From Alphaproteobacteria bacterium (GTDB lineage: Bacteria > Pseudomonadota > Alphaproteobacteria > GCA-2746255), in contig OZ252220.1 in assembly GCA_965249135.1 (NCBI GenBank), positions 1,312,001 through 1,376,000 of the forward strand: a stretch of DNA of 64,000 nucleotides. The letters are read 5' to 3'. This document shows, in pieces, positions 38,426 through 48,972 of this stretch (position 1 is its first letter; each line of letters begins with the position of its first letter). Under the pieces are notes generated by a model, which worked only from the letters and a program-made list of their open reading frames with translations, did not search any database and was not told where the DNA came from. The translations under genes and the position numbers were made by a program.

Positions 38426-39208
38426 CTATTTCATGAATTTACGGAAATCCGCCTTCCGTTTTTCCAGGAAGGCCTTCACGCCTTCCTGAGATTCTTCGGT
38501 CCCATAGTAAAGGGCGAGGGCCTGCATGCCCAGATTGGCGATGCCGGCGATGTTATCCGTGTCCGCATTGAAGGAACGCTTCGCAATGGCGATCGCGGTT
38601 GGGGACTTGTCCATGATTTCCGCGCACCATTGATCCACTTCTTCGTCCAGCTTGTCGTGGGGCACGACGACATTCACAAGCCCCATCTCAAGGGCCTCCT
38701 TAGCCGTGTAACGCCGGCACAGGTACCAGATCTCGCGCGCCTTCTTCTCGCCGACGAGGCGGGCAAGGTAGGCGGTGCCGTAGCCGGGATCGACGGAACC
38801 CATCTTCGGGCCGACCTGGCCGAACTGGGCCTTCTCGGATGCAATGGTGAGATCGCAGAGCGTGGCGAGCACGTTGCCGCCGCCGATCGCATAGCCCTGA
38901 ACGCGGGCGATGACCGGTTTCGGTGCGATGCGGATGGCGTTTTGAAATTCCTCGATCGGCATGCCGATCGTGCCCTTGCCTTCGTAAGCACCTTCATGGC
39001 CAGACTGATCGCCGCCCGCGCAGAAGGCCTTGTCGCCGGCGCCCGTCAACACGATGACGCCGATCGACTTGTCCCAGCTTGCGCTCGCAAAGGCGTCGAT
39101 CAGTTCATCGACGGTGACGGCGCGAAAGGCGTTCATGCGGTCGGGGCGGTTGATGGTGATCCGCGCCACGCCCGCGTTTACCTCGTAAAGAATGTCCTCA
39201 TAGGCCAT
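38426..39208 (-). CDS. badI: 2-ketocyclohexanecarboxyl-CoA hydrolase (MenB-like crotonase)
   Basis: YEDILYE, AFCAGGDQSGHEGAYEGKGTIG, IGGGNVLATLCD, FGQVGPKMGSVDPGYGTA, GEKKAREIWY; matches recalled R. palustris BadI. Confidence 0.9.
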   Translation of the reverse strand: MAYEDILYEVNAGVARITINRPDRMNAFRAVTVDELIDAFASASWDKSIGVIVLTGAGDKAFCAGGDQSGHEGAYEGKGTIGMPIEEFQNAIRIAPKPVIARVQGYAIGGGNVLATLCDLTIASEKAQFGQVGPKMGSVDPGYGTAYLARLVGEKKAREIWYLCRRYTAKEALEMGLVNVVVPHDKLDEEVDQWCAEIMDKSPTAIAIAKRSFNADTDNIAGIANLGMQALALYYGTEESQEGVKAFLEKRKADFRKFMK

Positions 39209-39350
39209 GATCGCGTCCTTTCTTCCCTCTTGCCATTCTAGCGGGCAATGGGGCCTCGGAAACCCTCTTCCGGCCCCCGATGGCCGCCGAAAGGACCCCT
39301 TAAAAATCCAAGTTTTCTGCCGTTTTTCCGCCTTTCGCCGGAGGATGGGC

Positions 39351-39391
39351 TTGACAGGCCGCGTCCCTGGGGCCTAGCTAATGCTAGTTAG
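39351..39391 (+). promoter_or_regulatory. Sigma70-type promoter of the tetR operon with overlapping palindromic operator (copy 2)
   Basis: TTGACA at 39351-39356, 17 nt, CTAGCT; imperfect palindrome CTAGCTA-ATGC-TAGTTAG at 39374-39391. Confidence 0.6.
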
Positions 39392-39403
39392 AAAACAGGC
39401 GGC

Positions 39404-40042
39404 GTGCAAATGAATTCACTCAAGGAAAAGAAGGTGGCGACGGCGCGCAAATCCGTCGTCTCGCGGCGCGAGATCCTCGACGCCGCGGCGGCGCTTCTGC
39501 GCACGAAGGGCTACTACGCGACGACCCTTCGCGACATCGCGTCTGCCGTCGGCATGAAGGCGGGCAGCGTCTACTACCACTTCGATTCGAAGGAACAGAT
39601 TCTCGAAGAAGTGCTGGACATCGGCATTCAGTCCGTCTTCGACGCGGTGCGCGCGGGCGTCGATGCGCTGCCGAAGACGGCGCCCTGGCGTGAGCGCTTT
39701 CGGGTCGCGTTGCACGCACACCTTGCTTCGCTCTTTCAGTTGGGAGACTACACGTCTGCGAACATTCGCGTCTTCGGTCAGGCGCCGCGCCACATCCACG
39801 AACGCCACATGCGCATTCGCCGGGCTTACGAAGATTATTGGAAGGACATGTACCGCGAAGCCCAGGCGGCGGGGGAAATTCGCGGTGAGGTGAATCTGAC
39901 GGCGCTTCGCCTGCTGGTCTTCGGCGCCATGAACTGGGCGGTCGAATGGTACCGGCCGGGCAAGGAAACCATCGCGACCTTGGCCCAGGAATATACGCGC
40001 ATCCTTTGCGACGGCATTACGCCCAAGAAGACTTCCAAATAG
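39404..40042 (+). CDS. TetR family regulator (AtuR/KstR2-like C-terminal domain)
   Basis: ILDAAAALLRTKGYYATTLRDIASAVGMKAGSVYYHFDSKEQIL; GAMNWAVEWYRP. Confidence 0.92.
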   Translation: MQMNSLKEKKVATARKSVVSRREILDAAAALLRTKGYYATTLRDIASAVGMKAGSVYYHFDSKEQILEEVLDIGIQSVFDAVRAGVDALPKTAPWRERFRVALHAHLASLFQLGDYTSANIRVFGQAPRHIHERHMRIRRAYEDYWKDMYREAQAAGEIRGEVNLTALRLLVFGAMNWAVEWYRPGKETIATLAQEYTRILCDGITPKKTSK

Positions 40043-40050
40043 AAGTCGCA

Positions 40051-40074
40051 ATCCCGAACGTCATCCCGAACGTC
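40051..40074 (+). repeat. Exact 12-bp tandem duplication ATCCCGAACGTC x2 (intergenic)
   Basis: Copies at 40051-40062 and 40063-40074. Confidence 0.85.
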
Positions 40075-40097
40075 TGGGGCAGCAACCGGAAACAACC

Positions 40098-41699
40098 ATG
40101 GCTTTGATCGAAACAAAAATCGATACGCGCTCCGATGAATTTCGGAAGAACAAGGCGGCCTATGAGGCGATGGTCGAAACCCTTCGCGAACGCCAAGCCT
40201 ATGCGGTTGCGGGCGGCCGCGACAAGCAGATCGCGCGCAACTATGAGCGCGGTAAATTCCTGCCCCGCGAGCGGATCGACATGCTGGTCGATCCCCATAC
40301 GTCCTTCCTGGAATTCTCGACGCTCGCCGCCTGGGGCAAATACAACAACGAAGCGCAAAGTGCCGCCATCGTGACCGGGATCGGCATCGTCTGCGACGTG
40401 CCTTGCGTGATTATCGCGAACGACCCGACGGTCAAAGGGGGCACGCTCTTTCCGGAGACCGTGAAGAAGCACATCCGCGCTCAGGACATCGCCACCCAGC
40501 ACAAATTGCCGATGATCTACCTGGTCGATTGCGGCGGCGCCTTCCTCCCCCACCAGGACGGGGTCTTCCCGGGCCGCGACCATTTCGGGCACACCTTCTA
40601 CAACCAGGCCCGCAGCTCCGCCCATGGCCTGCCCCAGCTTTCCGCCGTCTTCGGCAGCTCGACGGCGGGCGGCGCCTACATCCCGGCCCTTTCCGATTAC
40701 GTCGTCATGGTCAAGGGAGCGGGCCGCATTCACCTCGGCGGCCCCCAGATCGTGCGGGCGGCGATCAAGGAAATCGTCGACCGGGACACGCTCGGCGGCG
40801 CCGAGGTGCACACGCGCATCTCCGGCGTGTCGGACGATTTCACCGAAGGCGAGGCGGAGGCGCTTGCCAAGCTTCGCTCGGCCGTCGCCAGGCTGAACTG
40901 GCAACGGACGTCGCACCTAAAGATGCAAACGCCAAAACCGCCCCGTTACCCGGCGGAAGAGATGCTCGGCATCGTGCCCCAGGATCGCATGCAGGTCTTC
41001 GACATGAACGAGATCCTAAACCGTCTCATCGACAACAGCGACTTCGAGGCGTTCAAACCGCATTTCGGCGAGGAACTCATCTGCGGGTTCGCCCATCTTC
41101 ACGGGCATCCGATCGGCGTGCTCGCCAATAACGGAGTCCTTTTTTCGGAATGCGCCTTGAAGGGGACCCATTTCATCGAACGATGCTGCCAGCGAAACAT
41201 TCCGCTTGTTTTCCTCCACAACGTCACCGGTTTCATGGTCGGCACGAAGGCCGAGGAAGGCGGCATCGCAAAACACAGCGCAAAACTCGTCTACGCGGTC
41301 GCCAACGCCCGGGTGCCTCGGCTTTCCGTCATCATCGGCAGTTCCTGCGGGGCCGGAAATTACGGCATGTGCGGGTCCGGCATGCGGCCGAATTTCCTGT
41401 TCGCCTGGCCCACGGCCTATGTCGCGACGATGTCGGCGGACACCGCCGTCATCGTCATGCAGGACGTAAAAAAAGCCAGCATGGGTGCAAGCAAGGTGAC
41501 GGAGAAGGAATTGGCGGCCATCGAGCAACGGACCCGCAAGCAATATGCCGAACAGGCGGATCCCTACTACATCACGGCGCGGGTCTGGGACGACGGTTTG
41601 ATCGAGCCCACGAAGACCCGCGACGTACTCGGCCTTTGCTTAAGCCTCGGGGCGGCGCTGGAGCCGGAGACGGGCTACCACCCCGTCTACCGGATGTGA
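40098..41699 (+). CDS. Biotin-dependent acyl-CoA carboxylase carboxyltransferase (MccB/LiuB/AtuC family, divergent)
   Basis: RGKFLPRERID, ANDPTVKGG, DCGGAFLPHQ, TAGGAYIP, TGFMVG, GAGNYGMCG, ARVWDDGLI. Confidence 0.9.
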   Translation: MALIETKIDTRSDEFRKNKAAYEAMVETLRERQAYAVAGGRDKQIARNYERGKFLPRERIDMLVDPHTSFLEFSTLAAWGKYNNEAQSAAIVTGIGIVCDVPCVIIANDPTVKGGTLFPETVKKHIRAQDIATQHKLPMIYLVDCGGAFLPHQDGVFPGRDHFGHTFYNQARSSAHGLPQLSAVFGSSTAGGAYIPALSDYVVMVKGAGRIHLGGPQIVRAAIKEIVDRDTLGGAEVHTRISGVSDDFTEGEAEALAKLRSAVARLNWQRTSHLKMQTPKPPRYPAEEMLGIVPQDRMQVFDMNEILNRLIDNSDFEAFKPHFGEELICGFAHLHGHPIGVLANNGVLFSECALKGTHFIERCCQRNIPLVFLHNVTGFMVGTKAEEGGIAKHSAKLVYAVANARVPRLSVIIGSSCGAGNYGMCGSGMRPNFLFAWPTAYVATMSADTAVIVMQDVKKASMGASKVTEKELAAIEQRTRKQYAEQADPYYITARVWDDGLIEPTKTRDVLGLCLSLGAALEPETGYHPVYRM

Positions 41700-41704
41700 A
41701 CGCG

Positions 41705-42495
41705 ATGGCGTACGAGACGATCCGATACGAGACGGACGACCGCGGTGTGTGCCGGCTGACGCTGGCGCGTGCCTCCGTTCACAACGCGATGAATGCGGAG
41801 CTCATCGCAGAAATGAGGGACGCGGCGAAGCGGATCGCGAAGGACGAAAGTGTGCGCGCCGTCGTGCTGACCGGCGAGGGGGAAAGCTTCTGCGCCGGTG
41901 GGGATTTGCGCTGGATGCAGGCGAACGTGAATGCGACGCGCGAAGAGCGCATGGCGGCGGCGGGCGAGATCGCGGAGATGCTGTTTGCGCTGGATACGTT
42001 GCCCAAGCCGCTCATCGGGCGGATCAACGGACCGGCCTATGGCGGGGGGACGGGTTTAATCTCCGTCTGCGACGTGGCCATTGGGGTCGCAGGCGCCCGG
42101 TTCGGGCTGACGGAAGTCCGGCTTGGCCTCGTGCCGGCGACGATTTCGCCTTACGTCGTCCGGCGAATGGGGCATGCGAATGCGCGGCGGGTCTTTTTCA
42201 GCGGCCGGCTTTTCCAGGCAGACGAGGCAAAGGCGCTCAACCTCTTAAGCGAGGTCGTCGCGCCCGAAAATCTGGACGCGGCCGTTGATGCAGAGCTTGC
42301 GGCATGCCTTCAAGCCGCCCCCGGCGCGATTGCCGCCACCAAGCGCCTCGTCGATTACGTGGCTCGCCATGGACCGGAAGAGAACCGCACCGCGACGCTA
42401 AACGCACTTGCCGATGTCTGGGAGACGGAGGAAGGCAAGGAAGGGATTGGCACGTTCCTTAAGAAGCAGACGCCTTGGTGGCGGAAGGGAACGTC

Positions 42496-42499
<4 letters not shown>
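41705..42499 (+). CDS. Methylglutaconyl-CoA hydratase-like crotonase (LiuC/AtuE family)
   Basis: VHNAMN, SFCAGGDLRWM, AYGGGTGL, LTEVRLGLVPATISPYV; start ATG 41705. Confidence 0.87.
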
Positions 42500-44496
<1,997 letters not shown>

Positions 44497-44517
44497 GCGC
44501 AGGCGCGAGGTAGGGAA

Positions 44518-45669
44518 ATGGAATCGATCTATCAGACGGAAGAGCTGGAACTTTTCCGGGAGCAGTTGCGCCGCTTCATCGAAGAAGAAGTCGAGCCCTT
44601 CGGCGAGGCGTGGGAGGAAACGGGCATGGTGCCTCGCGAGGTCTTAAGAAAGCTTGGCAGCCTCGGTTTCCTAGGCCTCGCCTACTCGGAAAAGTATGGG
44701 GGAGCGGGGCTCGATACGGTGGCGACCGCCATCTTCGCCGAAGAGATGGGCCGTTGCACCTTCGGCGGTTTCCCCGCGACCGTGCTTGTCCATACGGACA
44801 TGGGATCGCCCCATCTCGCCAACGCAGGCTCGGAAGCGCAATTGAAGAAGTACATGCCGCGAATCACGTCCGGCGAATCGATCGCGGCGATCGCGGTCAC
44901 GGAACCGGATGCGGGTTCGGACGTCGCCAATCTTCGCACCCGCGCCGTCCGGGAAGGCGACGTTTACGTGCTTAACGGCACGAAGATGTTCATCACGAAC
45001 GGGATCCATGGCGACCTTTTCTTCGTGGCGGCCCGCACGGACCGCCAAGCGAAGGGATCGCGCGGGATTTCGATGTTCATCGTCGAGAAGGGAACGCCGG
45101 GCTTTCGGGCCGGCCGGCCGCTCAAGAAGCAAGGCTGGTGGTGTTCGGACACGGCCGAACTCATCTTCGAGGACTGCCCCGTGCCGGCCGAGAATCTGCT
45201 GGGCCAAGAGAACGAGGGTTTCTACGCCATCATGAAGAACTTCCAGAACGAGCGCGTCGTGCTTGGCGCCATGGCGATCGGCGCCTCAGACAAGGCGTTG
45301 GAATTGACCCTGGATTACGTCACCACGCGGCGCGCCTTCGGTGGCGTGCTGTTCGACCTGCAGACGATCCGCCAGAAGCTGGCCGAGCTGGCCGGCAAGG
45401 TCGAGGCGGGGCGTCAGCTCGTCTACCACGCCGCCTGGCTGGACGCGGCCGGCCGCGATTGCGTGAAGGAAGTCTCGATGGTAAAGGCGCTGTGCGGCGA
45501 GCTCGTCAACGAGGTCATGTATGCCTGCCAGCAGTTCCATGGGGGGGCTGGATACTTACGCGAAACGCCGATCGAACGCATGGTGCGCGATTCCCGCGTG
45601 CTGGCGATCGGCGGCGGGGCGACGGAGGTGATGCTGGAAGAAGTCGCCAAACGCATGATAACGAACTAG
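44518..45669 (+). CDS. Acyl-CoA dehydrogenase (AtuD/long-chain-like)
   Basis: AVTEPDAGSDVA, GTKMFITNG, GWWCSDTAEL, IMKNFQNER, AIGGGATEVM. Confidence 0.9.
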   Translation: MESIYQTEELELFREQLRRFIEEEVEPFGEAWEETGMVPREVLRKLGSLGFLGLAYSEKYGGAGLDTVATAIFAEEMGRCTFGGFPATVLVHTDMGSPHLANAGSEAQLKKYMPRITSGESIAAIAVTEPDAGSDVANLRTRAVREGDVYVLNGTKMFITNGIHGDLFFVAARTDRQAKGSRGISMFIVEKGTPGFRAGRPLKKQGWWCSDTAELIFEDCPVPAENLLGQENEGFYAIMKNFQNERVVLGAMAIGASDKALELTLDYVTTRRAFGGVLFDLQTIRQKLAELAGKVEAGRQLVYHAAWLDAAGRDCVKEVSMVKALCGELVNEVMYACQQFHGGAGYLRETPIERMVRDSRVLAIGGGATEVMLEEVAKRMITN

Positions 45670-45688
45670 GTGGCAAAGGGAACCTAAG

Positions 45689-46567
45689 GTGTCAAACGAA
45701 CCATCGGATCCGAACGTCTGGCGCATCGGCCAGTCCGACGAGGAGCTAAGTGCGGCGCCCACCGTCTATAAGGACGACCTCTTCAAGGGCAAGGTCGTGC
45801 TGGTGTCCGGCGCCGGCAGTGGGCTCGGCCGGGGGATTGCAGCACTGTTTGCGCGCCTCGGCGCCCACCTCGTCATCTGCGGACGGGACGAGGAACGCTT
45901 GGCCTCTGCCGCTCGTTTCCTTGCCGGCCTCGGCGCCACCGTGCATGCGAAGATCATGACGATCCGCGACACCGACCAGGTCGAGGAACTGATGGACGAG
46001 GTCTGGGATCGCTTCGGCCGCCTCGACGTGCTGGTTAACAATGCGGGCGGTCAGTATCCGCAAGCTGCGATCGATTTTGCAGACAAGGGCTGGGACGCGG
46101 TCGTGGGCACGAATTTGAGCGGCACCTGGTACATGATGCAGCGCGCAGCACGGCGCTGGCGCGACAACAGCCAGCAGGGAAACATCGTCAACATCGTCGC
46201 CATCCATGAGCGCGGCATGCCGGGCATCGCCCACACGGGCGCCGCGCGTGCCGCCGTTACGAATTTATCGAAGACGCTTGCCGTCGAGTGGGCACCGCTT
46301 GGCATTCGCGTCAACTGCGTGGCACCCGGCACCGTCGCCACGCCGGGCTTTCGCCAGTACCCGCCGGAAGGCGTCGAAAGCTTCCAGCAATGCAACGTGC
46401 AGCGGCATCCGGGCGACATGCACGACGTCGCCCAGGCGGTCGTTTATCTCGCTGCCGAGTCGGGCAAGTTCATCACCGGCGACGTGATCCATGTGGATGC
46501 CGGTCAACGCATGTGGGGCGAGAGCTGGCCGGCCGGCAAACCGGACTATTTCAAGGTCGGCGTGTAA
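45689..46567 (+). CDS. SDR, AtuB/peroxisomal enoyl-CoA reductase-like
   Basis: DDLFKGKVVLVSGAGSGLG, NNAGGQY, GIAHTGAARAAV (His in place of catalytic Tyr), VEWAPLGIRVN. Confidence 0.8.
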   Translation: MSNEPSDPNVWRIGQSDEELSAAPTVYKDDLFKGKVVLVSGAGSGLGRGIAALFARLGAHLVICGRDEERLASAARFLAGLGATVHAKIMTIRDTDQVEELMDEVWDRFGRLDVLVNNAGGQYPQAAIDFADKGWDAVVGTNLSGTWYMMQRAARRWRDNSQQGNIVNIVAIHERGMPGIAHTGAARAAVTNLSKTLAVEWAPLGIRVNCVAPGTVATPGFRQYPPEGVESFQQCNVQRHPGDMHDVAQAVVYLAAESGKFITGDVIHVDAGQRMWGESWPAGKPDYFKVGV

Positions 46568-46570
46568 GCG

Positions 46571-47692
46571 ATGTTGTTCAGCGCGCTTTCCGGCATCCGG
46601 GTGCTCGACCTCGCCCAGTACATCCCCGGACCCTATGCGACGCTGATGCTCGCCGATTTCGGGGCGGACGTGCTTAAACTCGAGCCGCCAGAGGGCGATC
46701 CCATGCGCCGGATGGCGCCTTTGGACAAGGACGGCATCTCGCTTACCTACAAGGCGTTCAACCGCAATAAAAGATCGGTCGCGCTCGATCTGAAAACCGA
46801 CATCGGCAAGCGGTCCTTCGAGGGTTTGCTCGAAGGCGCGGACGTGTTGCTTGAATCCTTCCGGCCGGACGTGATGGCCCGGCTTGGTTTTTCGCGGGAA
46901 CGCATCGCTGCGATCAATCCCCGCCTCATCCACTGTGCGCTGACCGGCTATGGGCAGGCGGGGCCGCTTGGGCACGCCTCCGGCCACGACGTGAATTACA
47001 TGGCGCTGATGGGCGGCCTCGATGCCTCGGGTGTTGAGGCGCGCCCGGTCCTTGCCTTTCCTCCCGTCGCCGACCACGCGTCCGCCATGCACACGGCAAT
47101 TACCCTGCTCGCCGCCCTCATCGCCCGCGAAAAGACCGGCTTTGGTGCCTTCCTTGACGTGAGCATCGCCGAGGCCGTCCTTCCCTGGCAACGGATGGTG
47201 TTCGCGGCCATGGAGGCGGCAGGCGAGGACGTCCGGCGGACCGGACATCTCTTGAATGGCGGCGCCGCCTGTTACCAGGTCTATGAGACGAAGGACAAGG
47301 GCTTCGTCACCTTGGGCGCGCTCGAAGAAAAGTTCTGGCGGAATTTCTGCGAGGCGATAGAGAGGCCGGATTGGACGGCGCGGCAGTTCGAGCCGATGCC
47401 GCAAACAAGCCTGATTGTGGCGTTGCGGGAGAAGTTCGCGTCGGCCACACTGGCCGAGTGGGAGGCCTTGCTTTCTAAGTGCGATTGCTGCTTCCAGGTG
47501 GTGACCCCTGCTTCGGCGTTGCCTGCACATCCCCAGCTTCGCGCCCGCGGTTTCCTGAAGGAGGCGCAACAGGATGGAAGAGCCTTCACGGAAATCCTTT
47601 TCCCGGCCCGCGTCGACGATAAGCCGCCGGACGTGCGAAGGGAGTGGCGGGAGGTGAACGCCGAAGAAGCGCTTCATGGGTGGAAGCCGTAG
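46571..47692 (+). CDS. CaiB/BaiF family protein, alpha-methylacyl-CoA racemase-like
   Basis: IPGPYATLMLADFGADV, NRNKRS, ESFRPDVMARLG, GHDVNY (AMACR-type GHDINY), LGALEEKFW. Confidence 0.82.
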   Translation: MLFSALSGIRVLDLAQYIPGPYATLMLADFGADVLKLEPPEGDPMRRMAPLDKDGISLTYKAFNRNKRSVALDLKTDIGKRSFEGLLEGADVLLESFRPDVMARLGFSRERIAAINPRLIHCALTGYGQAGPLGHASGHDVNYMALMGGLDASGVEARPVLAFPPVADHASAMHTAITLLAALIAREKTGFGAFLDVSIAEAVLPWQRMVFAAMEAAGEDVRRTGHLLNGGAACYQVYETKDKGFVTLGALEEKFWRNFCEAIERPDWTARQFEPMPQTSLIVALREKFASATLAEWEALLSKCDCCFQVVTPASALPAHPQLRARGFLKEAQQDGRAFTEILFPARVDDKPPDVRREWREVNAEEALHGWKP

Positions 47693-47716
47693 AAGAAACA
47701 TCGAAGGATAAGCGGC

Positions 47717-48904
47717 GTGGCGGGCAAATCCGAAATCGAGCCTTTTACGATTCACGTCGAGGACGCCGTCCTCGAAGATTTGAAGGGGCGGCTTAAGCGG
47801 ACGCGCTGGCCAAGCGCACCGAAGAATGCTGGTTGGGAATCCGGCACGCCGGTCGCCTATATGAAGGAGCTCGTCGATTACTGGCTGCACGCCTATGACT
47901 GGCGGAAGTGGGAGGCCGAGTTCAACCGTTTCGATCATTTTCGCGTGGCCGTGAGCGACGAGCGCATCCACTTCATCCATGAAAAGGGAAGTGGGCGTAA
48001 GCCGCTGCCGCTGATCCTAAGCCATGGCTGGCCGGGCTCTTTCTTTGAATTTTTGGAAGTGATCGAGCCGCTTGCCCATCCGGAACGCTGCGGCGGCGAC
48101 ATCGAAGACGCCTTTGACGTCATCGTCCCTTCCCTTCCTGGCTACGGCTTCTCTTCCATTCCGGAAAACCCGCCGGGTCCGCGCGCAACGGCCGAACTTT
48201 GGCACGAACTGATGACGGAGAAGCTTGGGTTTGCAAGCTACGCCGCCCAAGGCGGCGACTGGGGGGCGTTCATCACCGCCTGGCTTGCCTTCAATCACGC
48301 GGAAGAACTCGTCGGCATCCACTTGAACCGCATCGGCCCCGATAGCGGGCCCGAGGTGAGCGATCCCTCCATGAGCGAGGAAGAGAAGGCCTGGATCGAG
48401 GCCGTCCGCAAGCGGCGGAAAGAGGTTGCCGCCTATAGCCAGCAGCACACGACGCGTCCCCAGAGTCTGGCCTATGGGCTGAATGATTCGCCGGCCGGGC
48501 TTGCCGCCTGGATCGTCGAGAAGTTCTATGCCTGGAGCGACATCGGCGGCGATATCGAATCCGTCTACACGAAAGACCAGCTGTTAACGAACGTGATGAT
48601 TTACTGGGTGACGGGAACGATCAACTCCGCGAACTGGTTCTATCGCGCCGTACAGCTTGCCGGGGACCGGCGGCTGCCCGAGGGAAAGCGCATCGAGGTG
48701 CCGACCGGTTTCGCCTATTTCCCGGTCGACCTTCACCCCCAGCCGCCGCGGTCCTGGTGGGAGCGGGCCTACAACCTCACCCGCTGGACGGAGATGGGAA
48801 AGGGTGGCCACTTCGCCGCGCTGGAACGGCCCCAGGCGCTGGTCGAAGAAATCCGGGCCTTCTTCCGGCCCTTACGCGGGAAGCCTGCGGAAACCCTTCG
48901 TTAA
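47717..48904 (+). CDS. Epoxide hydrolase (microsomal-type, EHN domain)
   Basis: YDWRKWEAEFN, HGWPGSFFEF, SLPGYGFS, QGGDWG nucleophile, GGHFAALE. Confidence 0.92.
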   Translation: MAGKSEIEPFTIHVEDAVLEDLKGRLKRTRWPSAPKNAGWESGTPVAYMKELVDYWLHAYDWRKWEAEFNRFDHFRVAVSDERIHFIHEKGSGRKPLPLILSHGWPGSFFEFLEVIEPLAHPERCGGDIEDAFDVIVPSLPGYGFSSIPENPPGPRATAELWHELMTEKLGFASYAAQGGDWGAFITAWLAFNHAEELVGIHLNRIGPDSGPEVSDPSMSEEEKAWIEAVRKRRKEVAAYSQQHTTRPQSLAYGLNDSPAGLAAWIVEKFYAWSDIGGDIESVYTKDQLLTNVMIYWVTGTINSANWFYRAVQLAGDRRLPEGKRIEVPTGFAYFPVDLHPQPPRSWWERAYNLTRWTEMGKGGHFAALERPQALVEEIRAFFRPLRGKPAETLR

Positions 48905-48972
48905 CTTCATTTAAAGACCCTCCGCAAAAAACTGGGTGAGGAAAACTGCAAGGAATTCGCGCCCTTTTGCGG

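Noticed and set aside
38426-39208. menB (naphthoate synthase) assignment
   Set aside because: Has BadI-type GGGNVL and GSVDPGYG rather than MenB GGGHVL and GSFDGGWG; no men genes nearby and ubiA is present
46265-47980. 571-aa minus-strand ORF
   Set aside because: Shadow of the SDR, racemase-like and epoxide hydrolase genes
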